The position numbers and the translations under genes are program-made. A stretch of DNA of 64,000 bases from Ginglymostoma cirratum (Eukaryota): assembly GCA_024137785.1 (NCBI GenBank), contig JAHRHZ010000249.1:38775282-38839281 (forward strand). The letters are read 5' to 3'. The notes beneath the pieces were generated by a model. It was not told where the DNA came from. It was given only the letters and a program-made list of their open reading frames with translations, and searched no databases. Shown in pieces: positions 25,330-36,554 of the stretch. Every line of letters begins with the position of its first letter. Positions within the stretch are counted from its first letter, which is position 1.

Positions 25330-25835
25330 TTTTCTTACCCATCCACAATTGGCCTTCAGTAAATTCTGCTGCCGATACTCAAACTCCTGCCTATTCATTC
25401 ACCCCTCTGCTTTCCAATTTGCATTTTCTTTTCATTTGGAAACACTTTAATTTCAGCATTCTCACTCTTATTTTCAAATCTGTCCATGGCATGATCCTGC
25501 CTTTTCTCTGGAGGAACAACTCTTTCGCACTTTATAAGAATTCTAAAGTTGTTCATTCACTCAAGCATTAAACTTTGGCACTCAATCCATATCCTCTTCT
25601 TGATCTCTTCTTGACTCTTGATTTCTTTCTTCATTCTTGATTGTTGATTTCTTTCCCTTGATTTATTTCTCTTCCTTTAAGATTCTGCTTAGACATATTC
25701 CTTGATTGAAGGTTTTTTTTAATCTATCCTAATAGCTCCATGTGAACCTTAAATGTTGTATAATATTCTTTCCTGTGAAGCTCCTTGAGATATTTTACCA
25801 AATTAAAGGTGCGAGAAAATTTCAAGTTGTTGTTT
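25330..25835 (+). mobile_element. L2-clade LINE 3' remnant
   Basis: Decayed HITP..LHW..FKIL.L.FKS-like coding remnant and L2-type end ctgtgaagctccttgagat...aagttgttgtt. Confidence 0.55.
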
Positions 25836-25932
25836 TTGTATGATGTGAATAATTGTGTTCACAACACTGACCCCTGCGGAACTCCACTAGTCACTGGCTG
25901 CAATCCTGAAAAGGACACCTTTATCCTCACTG

Positions 25933-26155
25933 AGATAACAAGGTGTAGAGCTGGATGAACACAGCAGGCCAAGCAGCATCAGAGGAGCAGGAAAGCTGAT
26001 GTTTTGGGTCTGGACCCTTCTTCAGAGTTCTGAAGAAGGGTCCAGACCTGAAACGTCAGCTTTCCTGCTCCTCTGATGCTGCTTGGCCTGCTGTGTTCAT
26101 CCAGCTCTACACCTTGTTATCTCAGATTCTCCAGGATCGGCAGTTCCCACTACCT
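25933..26155. mobile_element. PLE pLTR foldback insertion (family A), complete and ungapped
   Basis: About 96-bp near-perfect arms (25931-26026 and 26029-26124), 2-nt loop, roughly 30-bp tail, perfect 14-bp TSD ctttatcctcactg at 25919-25932 and 26156-26169; hammerhead core at 26030-26059. Confidence 0.95.
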
Positions 26156-27187
26156 CTTTATCCTCACTGGCTACCTTCTTGTCAATCTTCGATCCATGCT
26201 AATACTTTTCCCCTAATACCATTGTCTGATCTTGTTTAGCAGCCTCCTAGAAATCCAGATAGATCCTGCCCACTAGCTATCCTCTGTCTGACTTGCTCAT
26301 TAACTCTTCAAAGAATTCTAACAGATTTGTCAGGCATGACCTCCCATTGACAAAATCGTGCTGTTTCAGCCCTTTTTTACCATGCACTTCCATGTACTCC
26401 TCAATCTCAGGCTTAGTACTGGACTCTAAAATCTTACTAACAACTGAAGTCAAGCAAATTGGCATATAATTTCCTGTCTTCTGTTGCTTTCTCTTTTTAA
26501 ACAGGGTGGTTAGCCCTTACCTGACTTCAATGGTTCATGAAAGATCACCACCAATGTCTGCGATACCAAATGTTGATTTGTTGTATTTAGATTTCCATAA
26601 GGCATTTGACAATCTCTCAGCTATCTCTGTTAGAACTCTGCAGTGTCATCCATCTAGTCCAGGTGATTTATCCACCTTCAGACCTTTCAGCTTCCTAGCA
26701 CCTTCGCCTTAGTGACAGCCACTACACTGACCTCTGTCCCCTTACTCTGCTGAAGTTCTACTGTGCCTCCTGAATTACCTCCAGAAACTCCTTCCATTGG
26801 TGCTCCGCCATCTTCCCTGCTGGACTGTCTGTCCAATCAGCTCCTCCTTTATGTCTTTGTAGTTACCTTTACTCAATTGTAATACCGTTACATCTAATTC
26901 AAACTTCTCCCTCTCAAACTGCAGGGTGAATTTTATCATATTATGGTCACTGTCCATAGGTGTTGTTTCACTTTAAGCTCCCTAACCAAGTCTGCCTCAT
27001 CACAATGCTTGCAAAAGCTTCGAAATACTTCTGAAGCATAAAAAAAGTAAAATTATAAAAACTGTATCTGCTTTTTGTAATCATAACCATGCACTTAAAA
27101 CATACCCCCATGACTTAGTTTAAAGCCCTAGCCACAGCTCCAGTTATGCAATTCACCAAGACTCTGATCCCAGCATGATTCAAGTGG

Positions 27188-27539
27188 GGGGTTAAAATTA
27201 TTTCAGAGATAGGAACTGCAGATGCTGGAGAATCTGAGATAACAAGGTATAGAGCTGGATGAACACANNNNNNNNNNNNNNNNNNNNNNNNNNNNNNNNN
27301 NNNNNNNNNNNNNNNNNNNNNNNNNNNNNNNNNNNNNNNNNNNNNNNNNNNNNNNNNNNNNNNNNNNTAGAGCTGGATGAACACAGCAGGCCAAGCAGCA
27401 GCATAGGAGCAGGAGAGCTTGACGTTTTGGGCCTAGACCCTTCTTCTGAACAAGGGTCTAGGCCCGAAACATCAAGCTCTCCTGCTCCTATGATGCTGCT
27501 TGGCCTGTTGTGTTCATCCAGCTCTATACCTTGTTATCT
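27188..27539. mobile_element. PLE pLTR foldback insertion (family A) spanning a 100-N gap
   Basis: TSD atgattcaagtgg at 27175-27187 and 27540-27552; inverted arms. Confidence 0.9.
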
Positions 27540-28766
27540 ATGATTCAAGTGGAGCCTGTCCCATTGGAACAACTCCCTCCTTCCCCAGTACTGGTGCCAA
27601 TGTCCCATGAATTCAAACTCAGTTATCCCACACGAATCCCAAACCACAACAGGCAGGTCCTTTGTTTCAGGACTCTGTGGGTACAAGTCACTTTTGTCTG
27701 CTAGTCAGGGCATGTTTTCTCTCCTCAGGTCATGGTCTGTCCATAAGCTTGTCCTCACTTTCCTCTCACTAGTTCTTAGCTCAACCATTTTGTCTTATAC
27801 ACTAACAACATTGTTCATTCTTTAATATTATAACTAATATGACTTCTGTAAAGAAATCTAGTACATAAATGGTTTCAAAGATGCAGATCAAAGAAACAAG
27901 CTACAACAATGTCAACTATCAAAATAACAACATCTGTGATTGCAAATACTGGGCAAGTTCCATTCTGACAATTACATCACAACTCCGTTTTATCTCTAAA
28001 TTACAATGGGGGCTAAGTTACAAATATTATTCTTTTTGTTTACTGATAACTAAACCATATTATTGCTTAGCAGCAATGTGTTAGCTGCTGTTGCCAGGGT
28101 TATTAGCGCTAATGTGTAACTTGGAGGGGGCCTTGCAGCTTGGTCTTCCAATGCATCTGTTGTTCTTGTTCACCTGGCCTTAAAGCTAGCACAATTTTCA
28201 TTATGATACTTGAAGAAAACTCCCATGCTTTTATGAACATCATGGGTGGTGAACAAACACAAATGATAGTCACCAATAATTATTCTCCATTATGTTTCTA
28301 ATTACATAAACTTATGGGGTGTAACAGCTGAAAAAAAACCAAAACATTCTGCCATGAAAAAGTGATCCAATTTTCTGCTCAGTTAGAATTTCTGTTGTAG
28401 CTTGGCATGGTTATGATTACAAAAAAGCAGATACTCATTTATTTTTATGAGTTTACTATTTTGTTATGCTTTAAAAGCATACTTTCAAAACAAATCTACT
28501 CCAAAACCTTAGATACTTTCAATACTTTTGCCATGTTTAAAATTGATCAGGGAACAGTATTGGAGTGATGGAAGCATCACGATTTTGACCTGAATTCTAA
28601 AGAAAATATATTAACAGGTTTAGGAGCAAATGCTCCCAGATCAATAGAAAAACTCAATTATATAGAAGAAGAAAGAATAGCAGAATTAAATTTTAAAGAA
28701 AAAGATTTGTGGTGACCAGTTTACATTCTAGTAATTCCCAGACAACTCATTCAAAGACCGGGGTGT

Positions 28767-29313
28767 GTAGGAACTGCAGATGCTCGAGAATCTGAGATAA
28801 CAAGGTGCAGAGCTGGATGAACACAGCAGGCCAAGCAGCATCATAGGAGNNNNNNNNNNNNNNNNNNNNNNNNNNNNNNNNNNNNNNNNNNNNNNNNNNN
28901 NNNNNNNNNNNNNNNNNNNNNNNNNNNNNNNNNNNNNNNNNNNNNNNNNNNNNNNNNNNNNNNNNNNNNNNNNNNNNNNNNNNNNNNNNNNNNNNNNNNN
29001 NNNNNNNNNNNNNNNNNNNNNNNNNNNNNNNNNNNNNNNNNNNNNNNNNNNNNNNNNNNNNNNNNNNNNNNNNNNNNNNNNNNNNNNNNNNNNNNNNNNN
29101 NNNNNNNNNNNNNNNNNNNNNNNNNNNNNNNNNNNNNNNNNNNNNNNNNNNNNNNNNNNNNNNNNNNNNNNNNNNNNNNNNNNNNNNNNNNNNNNNNNNN
29201 NNNNNNNNNNNNNNNNNNNNNNNNNNNNNNNNNNNNNNNNNNNNNNNNNATAGGAGCAGGTCCTATGATGCTGCTTGGCCTGCTGTGTTCATCCAGTTCT
29301 GCACCTTGTTATA
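28767..29313. mobile_element. PLE pLTR foldback insertion (family A) spanning a 400-N gap
   Basis: TSD tcaaagacc(g/a)gggtgt at 28751-28766 and 29314-29329. Confidence 0.9.
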
Positions 29314-29429
29314 TCAAAGACCAGGGTGTTTGCTCCTGAATTGGTTTAGTAAAAAATTTTGTAGTGGTTTTGTCTATTATAATTTATGGTTTACTATGAG
29401 GGAGGGACAATATTGAGAGAAATTATTTC

Positions 29430-29770
29430 AGAAAAATGTGGGTTTATTCAGAAGATTGGATTAACATGGATTTGTTAAGGACGAATGTGTCTAATGACGT
29501 GGTTGGAATTTTTTGAAGAGCTAAGAAAGAGGATTGGTTAAGGCAAGACCATTGAGATGATGCACGTAGACTTCCAAATGGTAGTAAAAAGTTAAAACAG
29601 TACCACACAAAAGACTTATGAGGAAAGTCTTCTGTCACAGAATAAAAGGGACTGTAGCAACATGGCTACAAAATTGGCTGAGTAATAGTAAATGAAAGGT
29701 AATTGTTAATGGGAGTTGTTAGTGGAGTTGCCCAGAGGTCAGCATTGGGACCCTTGCTTTTCCCTTCTGG
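29430..29770 (+). mobile_element. CR1 RT fragment, old
   Basis: Decayed QHGFVK and SGVAQRSALGPLLF-like segments. Confidence 0.65.
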
Positions 29771-29834
29771 ATGGTCATTTGAATAGAAACAATGTTCACA
29801 GGTATGGAGAAAGGTTAGGAAATTAGTGTCATGT

Positions 29835-30170
29835 TCATAGAATCCCTAAAGTGTGGATGCAGGCCATTCAGTCCATCAAGTATACACTGGCCCTCCGAAG
29901 AGCATCCCACCCAGACTCATCCCCTACACTAACTCTGCAACCCTGCAATGCTCATGGCTAATTCACTTAGCCTGCATATCCCTGGGATGCTATGGGCAAT
30001 TTAACATGGCCAATCCACCTAACCTGCATATCATTGGACTGTGGGAGGAAACCGGAGCCCCCGGTACAAACCCACGCAGATGCAGGGAGAATGTGCAAAC
30101 TCCACACAGACAATCACATGAGGGGGGAATCAAACCCGTGTCCCTGGCGCTGTCAGGCAGCAGTGCTAGC
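29835..30170 (-). mobile_element. HE1-like V-SINE
   Basis: Reverse-complement paralog of 40628-40955. Confidence 0.9.
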
Positions 30171-30559
30171 TTAGAGAACCAGTGGAGTCATGACAGACCA
30201 ACAGGCCTCCATCTGAACTGTAGCAATTTTATGATGCATCCAAGTCATTGTAGATCTGGAAATTATTATAACATATCCTGCAGGCCCTAAGCTGCGAAAT
30301 TTGTTGCAATGAGAAATAATTTTTAAGACATCAAGGGTTCATTCAAAGTCGAGTTATGAGAATTTACCATGGGAGTAGAGAAATGTCAGAGGAGCTAAGT
30401 GACTACTTTGTTTTCACTGAGGAAGACACAAAAAATCTCCCAGAATTTAAGGTCCAAGTGACTAGGGAGAATGAAGAACCAAAAAAAAATTAGTATTAGT
30501 AAAAAGGTTTCAGTGGAGAGATTAATAGGATTGAATTAATTAACTCTTAGGAGCTTTCT

Positions 30560-31015
30560 TATATTCACTTGTGGGATGTGGTTGTCACAGGCTGGCCAGA
30601 ATTTGTTGCCCATCCCCAGTTCTCCTTGAGAAGGTGATGGTGAGCTGCCCTCTTGAACTGCTGGAGAGCATGTGCTGTGGGTACACCCACAATGCTGTTA
30701 AGGAGGGAATTGCAGGACTTTGACCAAGTGACAGTGAAGGAACAAAGATATGTTTACAAGTCAGGATGGTAAGTGACTTGAAGGGAACTTGCACATTATG
30801 GTGTTTCCATGTATCTACTGCCTTTGTACTTCTAGATAGAAGTGATCGTGGGTTTGGAACATGCTGTCTAAGAATATTTGGTAAATGTCTGCAGTGTATC
30901 TTGTTGATAGCACACTGCTGCTACTGAGCATTGGTGGTGGAGGGACCGATGTTTGTGGATGTGGTGCCAATCAAGTGGGCTGATTTAACCTGGATGGTGT
31001 TAATATTCCTGAGTG
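30560..31015 (-). mobile_element. CR1-type LINE 3' fragment (second family)
   Basis: Reverse complement of the 1813-2030 family, extended upstream. Confidence 0.75.
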
Positions 31016-31019
31016 TGAG

Positions 31020-32460
31020 CTGATGGTCTACATCCCAAAGTGTTGAAGGATGTGGCTATAGAGATAGACAATGCACTGGTAATCAGCTTCCAAAATTCTG
31101 AGATTCTGGAATTATTCTTGCAGTTTGGGAGCATGCAAATGCCATACCAATATTTAAGAAAAGACCAAGAGAAAAAAAGGGAATTACAGATCCAACAGTA
31201 TTACATAAGCAATAAAGAAAATGCTGAAATCTATCATAAAGAACATGATAAATGGACACTTGAATACAAATAATCTGATTGGGCATAGTTAAAATGGATT
31301 TGGGAATGGAAAAAAGCATTGACAAACTTATGGAGTTTTTTTGAGGATATCACTAACAAAATTGATAAAGGGAAGTTGACGAATGCAGTATAACTAGATT
31401 TTCGGAAGGCTTTTGATAAGGTCTCTTATAGGGACATGATACAGGGTTAATGTAGTGGCATGGATTGTAAATTGATGAACAGAAAGAAAGCAGAGTAGGA
31501 ATAAATGGGTCATTTTCACGTTTGCAGGCTGTGACTAGTGGTGTACTTTAGCCCCAGTTGTTCACAATATAAATCAATAATTTGGACACGGGGACCAAAT
31601 CTAATATTTCCAAACTTGTGGATAATACCAAGCTAAGCAGGAATATGTGTTGTGAGGAAGATGCAAAGTGTTTTCTGGAGGATTTGTACAGGCTGAGCAA
31701 TTGGGTAAGAACATGGCAGACAGAATATAATTTGAAAAAAATGGGAAATTATCCACTTTATTAAGAGGATCAGATGTGCAAAGTATCTCTTGGATGGTGA
31801 GAGGTTGGAAAGTATAGATATACAAAGGGATTTGGGTGTCTTTGTAAATAAGTCACCTAAGGCTAGCAAGCAGATGCAGGAAGCTGTTAGGAAGGTCAAT
31901 CAAATGTTAGCTTTTATTGCCAGATGATTTGATTACAGCAGTAATGTGGTTTTGCTAATATTAAGAGGAGCCTGGTTAGACCACACCTGGACCACTGTGT
32001 TCCATTTAGATTTCTTTATCTCAGGAAAGATATTGGTGCCATGTATCGAGTGCAACAAAGGTTCACCAGACTTGCTCCTTGGATAGCGGGACTAATCTCT
32101 CGAGAGATTGGGCAAACTGGGCCCGTATTCTCTAGAGTTTGGAAGCATGAGAGTGGAGCTCATTGAAGCTTACAAAGTACATAAAGGGATAGACAGGGTA
32201 GATGCAGGTAAGATGTTTACCCTGGTTGGGCAATGTAGAACCAGGGCACAATTTAAAATCAATGCCATTTAGCTCCCAGATGAGAAGTTTTGCAGAAGCT
32301 CAGTTTTTGATTATATTTAAAATGAATTTTGATAAATCTTTCATTATCGATAGCCAGAGGGTTATGGGAATATTGTGGGTAAAAGGCACTGAAGTGTTTG
32401 ATCAGTTTGATCGTATTGAATAGCAGGGCAGTCTTGATGGGTTGAATGGCCATTTCCTGT
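31020..32460 (+). mobile_element. CR1 LINE ORF2 and 3' end, decayed
   Basis: DFRKAFDKV, SNISKLVDNTKL and LVRPHLDHCV motifs, then CR1 3' UTR. Confidence 0.85.
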
Positions 32461-33600
32461 GCCTGTGTTTTGATACTGAATAATGTCATCATGAAGAAAC
32501 AGCCAGTCTCAACATCCAGAAGGCAAGAAGCTGAGGAGCTGAAGCATCGAGCGGAGGGTATTGGGAAAGAAGAGGAGGTGGAGGCAGAGGAAGGGGAAGG
32601 GAGATTACTATCTCGACAGCACCTTCCTGCACAATCTTCACATGAGAACTAATTGAAGTACAATACGAATAACTTCAACCCAATACCCGATTCACTAACC
32701 ATCCCACCTCTTGCCAAACCTCGAATACTGGGCATCATATCACCCTCATGAAAATTTAAAACTTAAACTCAATACAGGACACACATTCCAGTCCAAATTT
32801 ATGAATTACCTCATGGCATATTGCATCCAAAGACCAATACTCAGTGTAAGGGAAAAATTATGGTGACTGGGGGACAGGAAAGTAAGAATTGCATTCTTTT
32901 ACATTTGCAACTTGTATATCACAACAACTTATAGGATAATGGTGAAGTAAAATGTGAGAAGGATTCGGTACGATGATGTTGTCATCTTGAATTGATTCAG
33001 CTATGCTGAGGAACTGGCTAGCAGCAATGGCCTACACTATAATGCTTTGCAGTAACTCCTTCAAGGGGTCAGAATATTTAAGTTTTCCTTCTCTCTCTCC
33101 AGCTACTTGCTGCATTGGCATTGGCTGCCTTCATGAGAAAAGGAAGTGAATGTTTTGTAATATGTTTGGCTGAAGAGACTAGTAAGGTTAAAACTCTGAA
33201 AATGTGTGCAAGCTCGGTTTGCAACAATGTTAAGTGTGAGAGGTTGAAGTGGAGAATATAAACCTTAAGTATGAGTCATGATTGTTAGAGATTTTCAGTA
33301 GTAGAGTGATGGGAATGTGGTGACATGAGCAGTGTCTGGATCCAGCAGTGCAATTGGTAGCATATTATAGTTGAAGATCCATTTGCTGACCTTGTTTGGT
33401 CTTAAGAGGTCATTTACATTTCTTGCTGCATTGCACCCAGCCAAAGTGCGACAAAATCGCTGATGTTGCTCTCTGTGACGATTTGTTCTCATTGCTTTCT
33501 CATCAGGGTTTGCAGGGCTCTTGATCTGAGGATACAGGACATCAGTTCTCCTTCCGATCCCCTCAATGCAGACTTCCAGAGCAGCTTTCAAAAACTCAGG
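32460..33600. mobile_element. PIF/Harbinger remnant: transposase C-terminus (+) converging on a Myb/SANT-like gene (-)
   Basis: Plus ACVLILNNVIMKKQP..EEEVEAEEGE (CCxLHN-like plus acidic tail); minus LEVCIEGIGRRTDVLYP...NDLLRPNKV. Confidence 0.6.
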
Positions 33601-33624
33601 TGCATACTCTGTCCTATGGCCAGC

Positions 33625-34320
33625 TCAGAGTCACACAGTTACACAGTACAGAAGAGGCCTTTTGGCCAATGAGTCTGGGCAGACCTATTTACACTAATCT
33701 CACTTTCTAGCACTTAGCCCATAGCCCTGAATTTTATGACATTTCAAGTACTCACCCAAATACTTTTTACAGGTTATCAAGTTTCACACCTCTGCTACCT
33801 CGCAGACAGTGCATTTCAAATTCCCACCACCTGCTGGCTGAAAGGTTTTCCTCAAATCCCTCCTGAACCTCCCTCTTTTCATCTTCAAATTATGTCCCCT
33901 TTTTATTGACTCGTCATCCATCTTGTCCATGCCCTTTAATCTGCGCAGCTCAGTCAGGCGACCCCCAACCTTCCTTGCTCTAAAGAAAGCAATCTGAGCC
34001 TATCCAGCCTCCCTTTATAACTAAAATGCTCCATCCTAGTGAATCTCTGCTGCACTCCCCCCAGTACAATCAGATCCTTCTCTCAGTGCGGTGACCAGAC
34101 TGTGCACAGTACTTAGCTGCGGTCTAACTGAAGTATTGCACAGCTCTAACATAACGTCCCTCTCTTGTAATCTGTGCCATCACTGACAAAGGTAAGTGTC
34201 CTGTCTGCCTTCTTAACTACCCAACTCACCTATCCTGCCACTTTCAGGGATCTGTGGACAAGCACACCAAGATTTTTCTGTTCCTCCGAACTTCCTAGTG
34301 TCCTGCCAAACATTAAGTAT
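33625..34320 (-). mobile_element. CR1 LINE 3' fragment
   Basis: EEQKNLGVLVHRSLKVAG motif and CR1 3' UTR. Confidence 0.85.
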
Positions 34321-36554
34321 GCTGTTGTTGATGTTTGCACAGCATTATTCATAATAATCACAGCACTTTCAACAGCAACAGTGTATCTTCTGTTTAAGAG
34401 ATCCACGTCTAGCTTGAAGCAATGTATGCTAGCTTTAGTCAATGACTGGCTGATGTTGGCGCATTAAACAGCCACAAAGTAATCGTACTGTTCTATCCTT
34501 GCACCCATTTCCTGGAGCTATCCAATTTACCCTGCTCTGAATCTAAGCTTGGATCTAAGGCTGACTTTCTACAAATGCTGAAGCCCCAGTCCCTACGAAC
34601 TGACTTCTCGCATTTTCTGCATTTACCTGATCAATGCCTATTGGCAGCGGTTTGCTCTTTTGTGTCACAATGGGTCTTCATGACGAATAGATTACTGTCT
34701 TCATCTGTCAGAGACTAATGAAAATAATTGTAATAAATGACCCTTTGTTTAATAAATCATCACACAGTTTGATATTAGATTGTATACCACGGTCATTGGT
34801 AGATAATAAATTATCCAGTTATCATGAGGCCATCATTTATTTCCAAGAGCATGTCTTTTCTATGATAAGAAGTATACTTTTACTTTTCTAAAAAATAAGT
34901 GCTTCAACATAAATCCCACATTTGTACCAAAAGCATTGCAAATTTCACCTCTGATACTAAAAATAAATATTTGCTGTTAAATAAATGTCATCTGTAGCAG
35001 AGAAAGAAGTCATCAAGGCATTAAAAAAGGATAATAGTTAAGAATTTGCAAAAATATATTTCCCTTAAAATTACAGTACCATTTTCCTCAATCCCTGTGC
35101 CCGCTGATGTTCTGGATATCCATTTTGTATGAGGATAATTACTACCTGAAAGCCTTTAGTCAAATGTAGCAAGAAAGCCTGGTGGGATTGATATATCCGC
35201 TGAATGAATTTGTAATTGACGGATGCAGCAATTCAATTCAGCTGATTCTGCTCCTGATAATCTTCACCTGCATTGAAGGCATTGGGACACTATGTGCAGA
35301 AACTTACCAGATAGATCATGGATCTGGAGGTAAGAAGGTGGGGAGTTTTTGAAAATTGCATGTTGGCTAATCTCCTGGACACTCTGTCTCAGAGCTATCA
35401 TTCTGAGATTAGGTCAGCCATGATTACTGTTACTGGCTACTGCCCTTAACAGCAGTTATTGGTTCGGCACAAAGAGGACAAGTGTGTATCAGCTAACCAC
35501 TAACTTTACTAGTTTAGTTAAAACAGACACAAAATTCACACTGTTTGGTTAGGAAAAGGTTTACAACAGGCATGTATTGAAGGTTTAAAAACTAAGTGCA
35601 CACCCATCTGTTTCCATGACATTCCCTCCTGCACAGTCAACAAAAGTAAAGGCTATTACTCGAGAATAGAAGCTCATGCTGGCCAGTCAATTTCTCCCAG
35701 GTCTCCGGATTATCTCCATGCTTCCAAGCACAGACATTGTGAAGGTTGCTCTCAGGAGTTTTCACTGCTGGCATGCCAAAGTTTTATCCTTTTCCCTTAT
35801 CTTTCCGAAATGTGGCATCTTGTTGTTGTTGGTTCCTAGTTCATCTGATGAGCTGGTGCCTTTCCACTATAGGTTCACTCCAAAGAAAGCGTTAGGATTA
35901 CCTCATTGTTCTTCCGCCAAATAATGGAGGTGATCTGGTTTGAGCCAGCCTGAGGGAGTGGCTGGGGCTTGGGTAACTTCAATTCACGAGCTTGCTGTTT
36001 TTATGTGTGAGCAGCTCCTGGCCAACGTACCAACCCAGAAGGAGCAGATCCCCTTCAGCAAAAGTTTGGCAGGTAGCTGGGAGCAGCTTCCCCATAGCAA
36101 GTCAGGGATCTAGCACGGCCTTCTTTCTTTCCCAATTTGAAGTCCACTCACTCTGGAGGCACTGTGCCAGAAACCCATGGTTCAGCTACAGGCCATTCCT
36201 TGAAGGGGCTCTTCTTTTATAAGAATTGCCTGGTACCTTATTTTCATTACTTTTTCATGTCATAAGAGGGTTCCTACATTTTGAAATGCCTTCACAGTTT
36301 CTTACCCATGTTAGCAGTGTTTATTTATCCCAATGGGAATGCCACAACCACAACTCACAACCTCAATTGCCAATCGCTTGTCTAACTGAATTGGATGGGG
36401 CACTTGGGACAGCCTATAAAGTGCCTGGCCCATTCTCTAGTCAATCTCACAACTGTGCAGTCACATAGCAGGACTGATTGGAGGTGAAATTCAATGCGAG
36501 TAGGGCAGCTACCTAATTATATACTTCACCTGATCTTCCCTTTCGTAAAGACCA

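Larger units (their letters stand above)
25860..27640 (-). mobile_element. CR1 LINE, internally deleted (ORF1 esterase end, endonuclease end, RT)
   Basis: HLNHAGIRVLVNCITGAVARALN* (ORF1 end), DSDHNMIKF (endonuclease) and QHDFVNGRSCLTNLLEFFEE (RT); hosts two PLE foldbacks. Confidence 0.85.

Noticed and set aside
1-29313. Recurring repeat with unique spacers resembling CRISPR
   Set aside because: Dispersed, inverted ~100-bp arms with TSDs in a vertebrate genome; no array structure and no cas genes.
29853-30290. 145-aa plus-strand ORF
   Set aside because: Antisense reading of a SINE.
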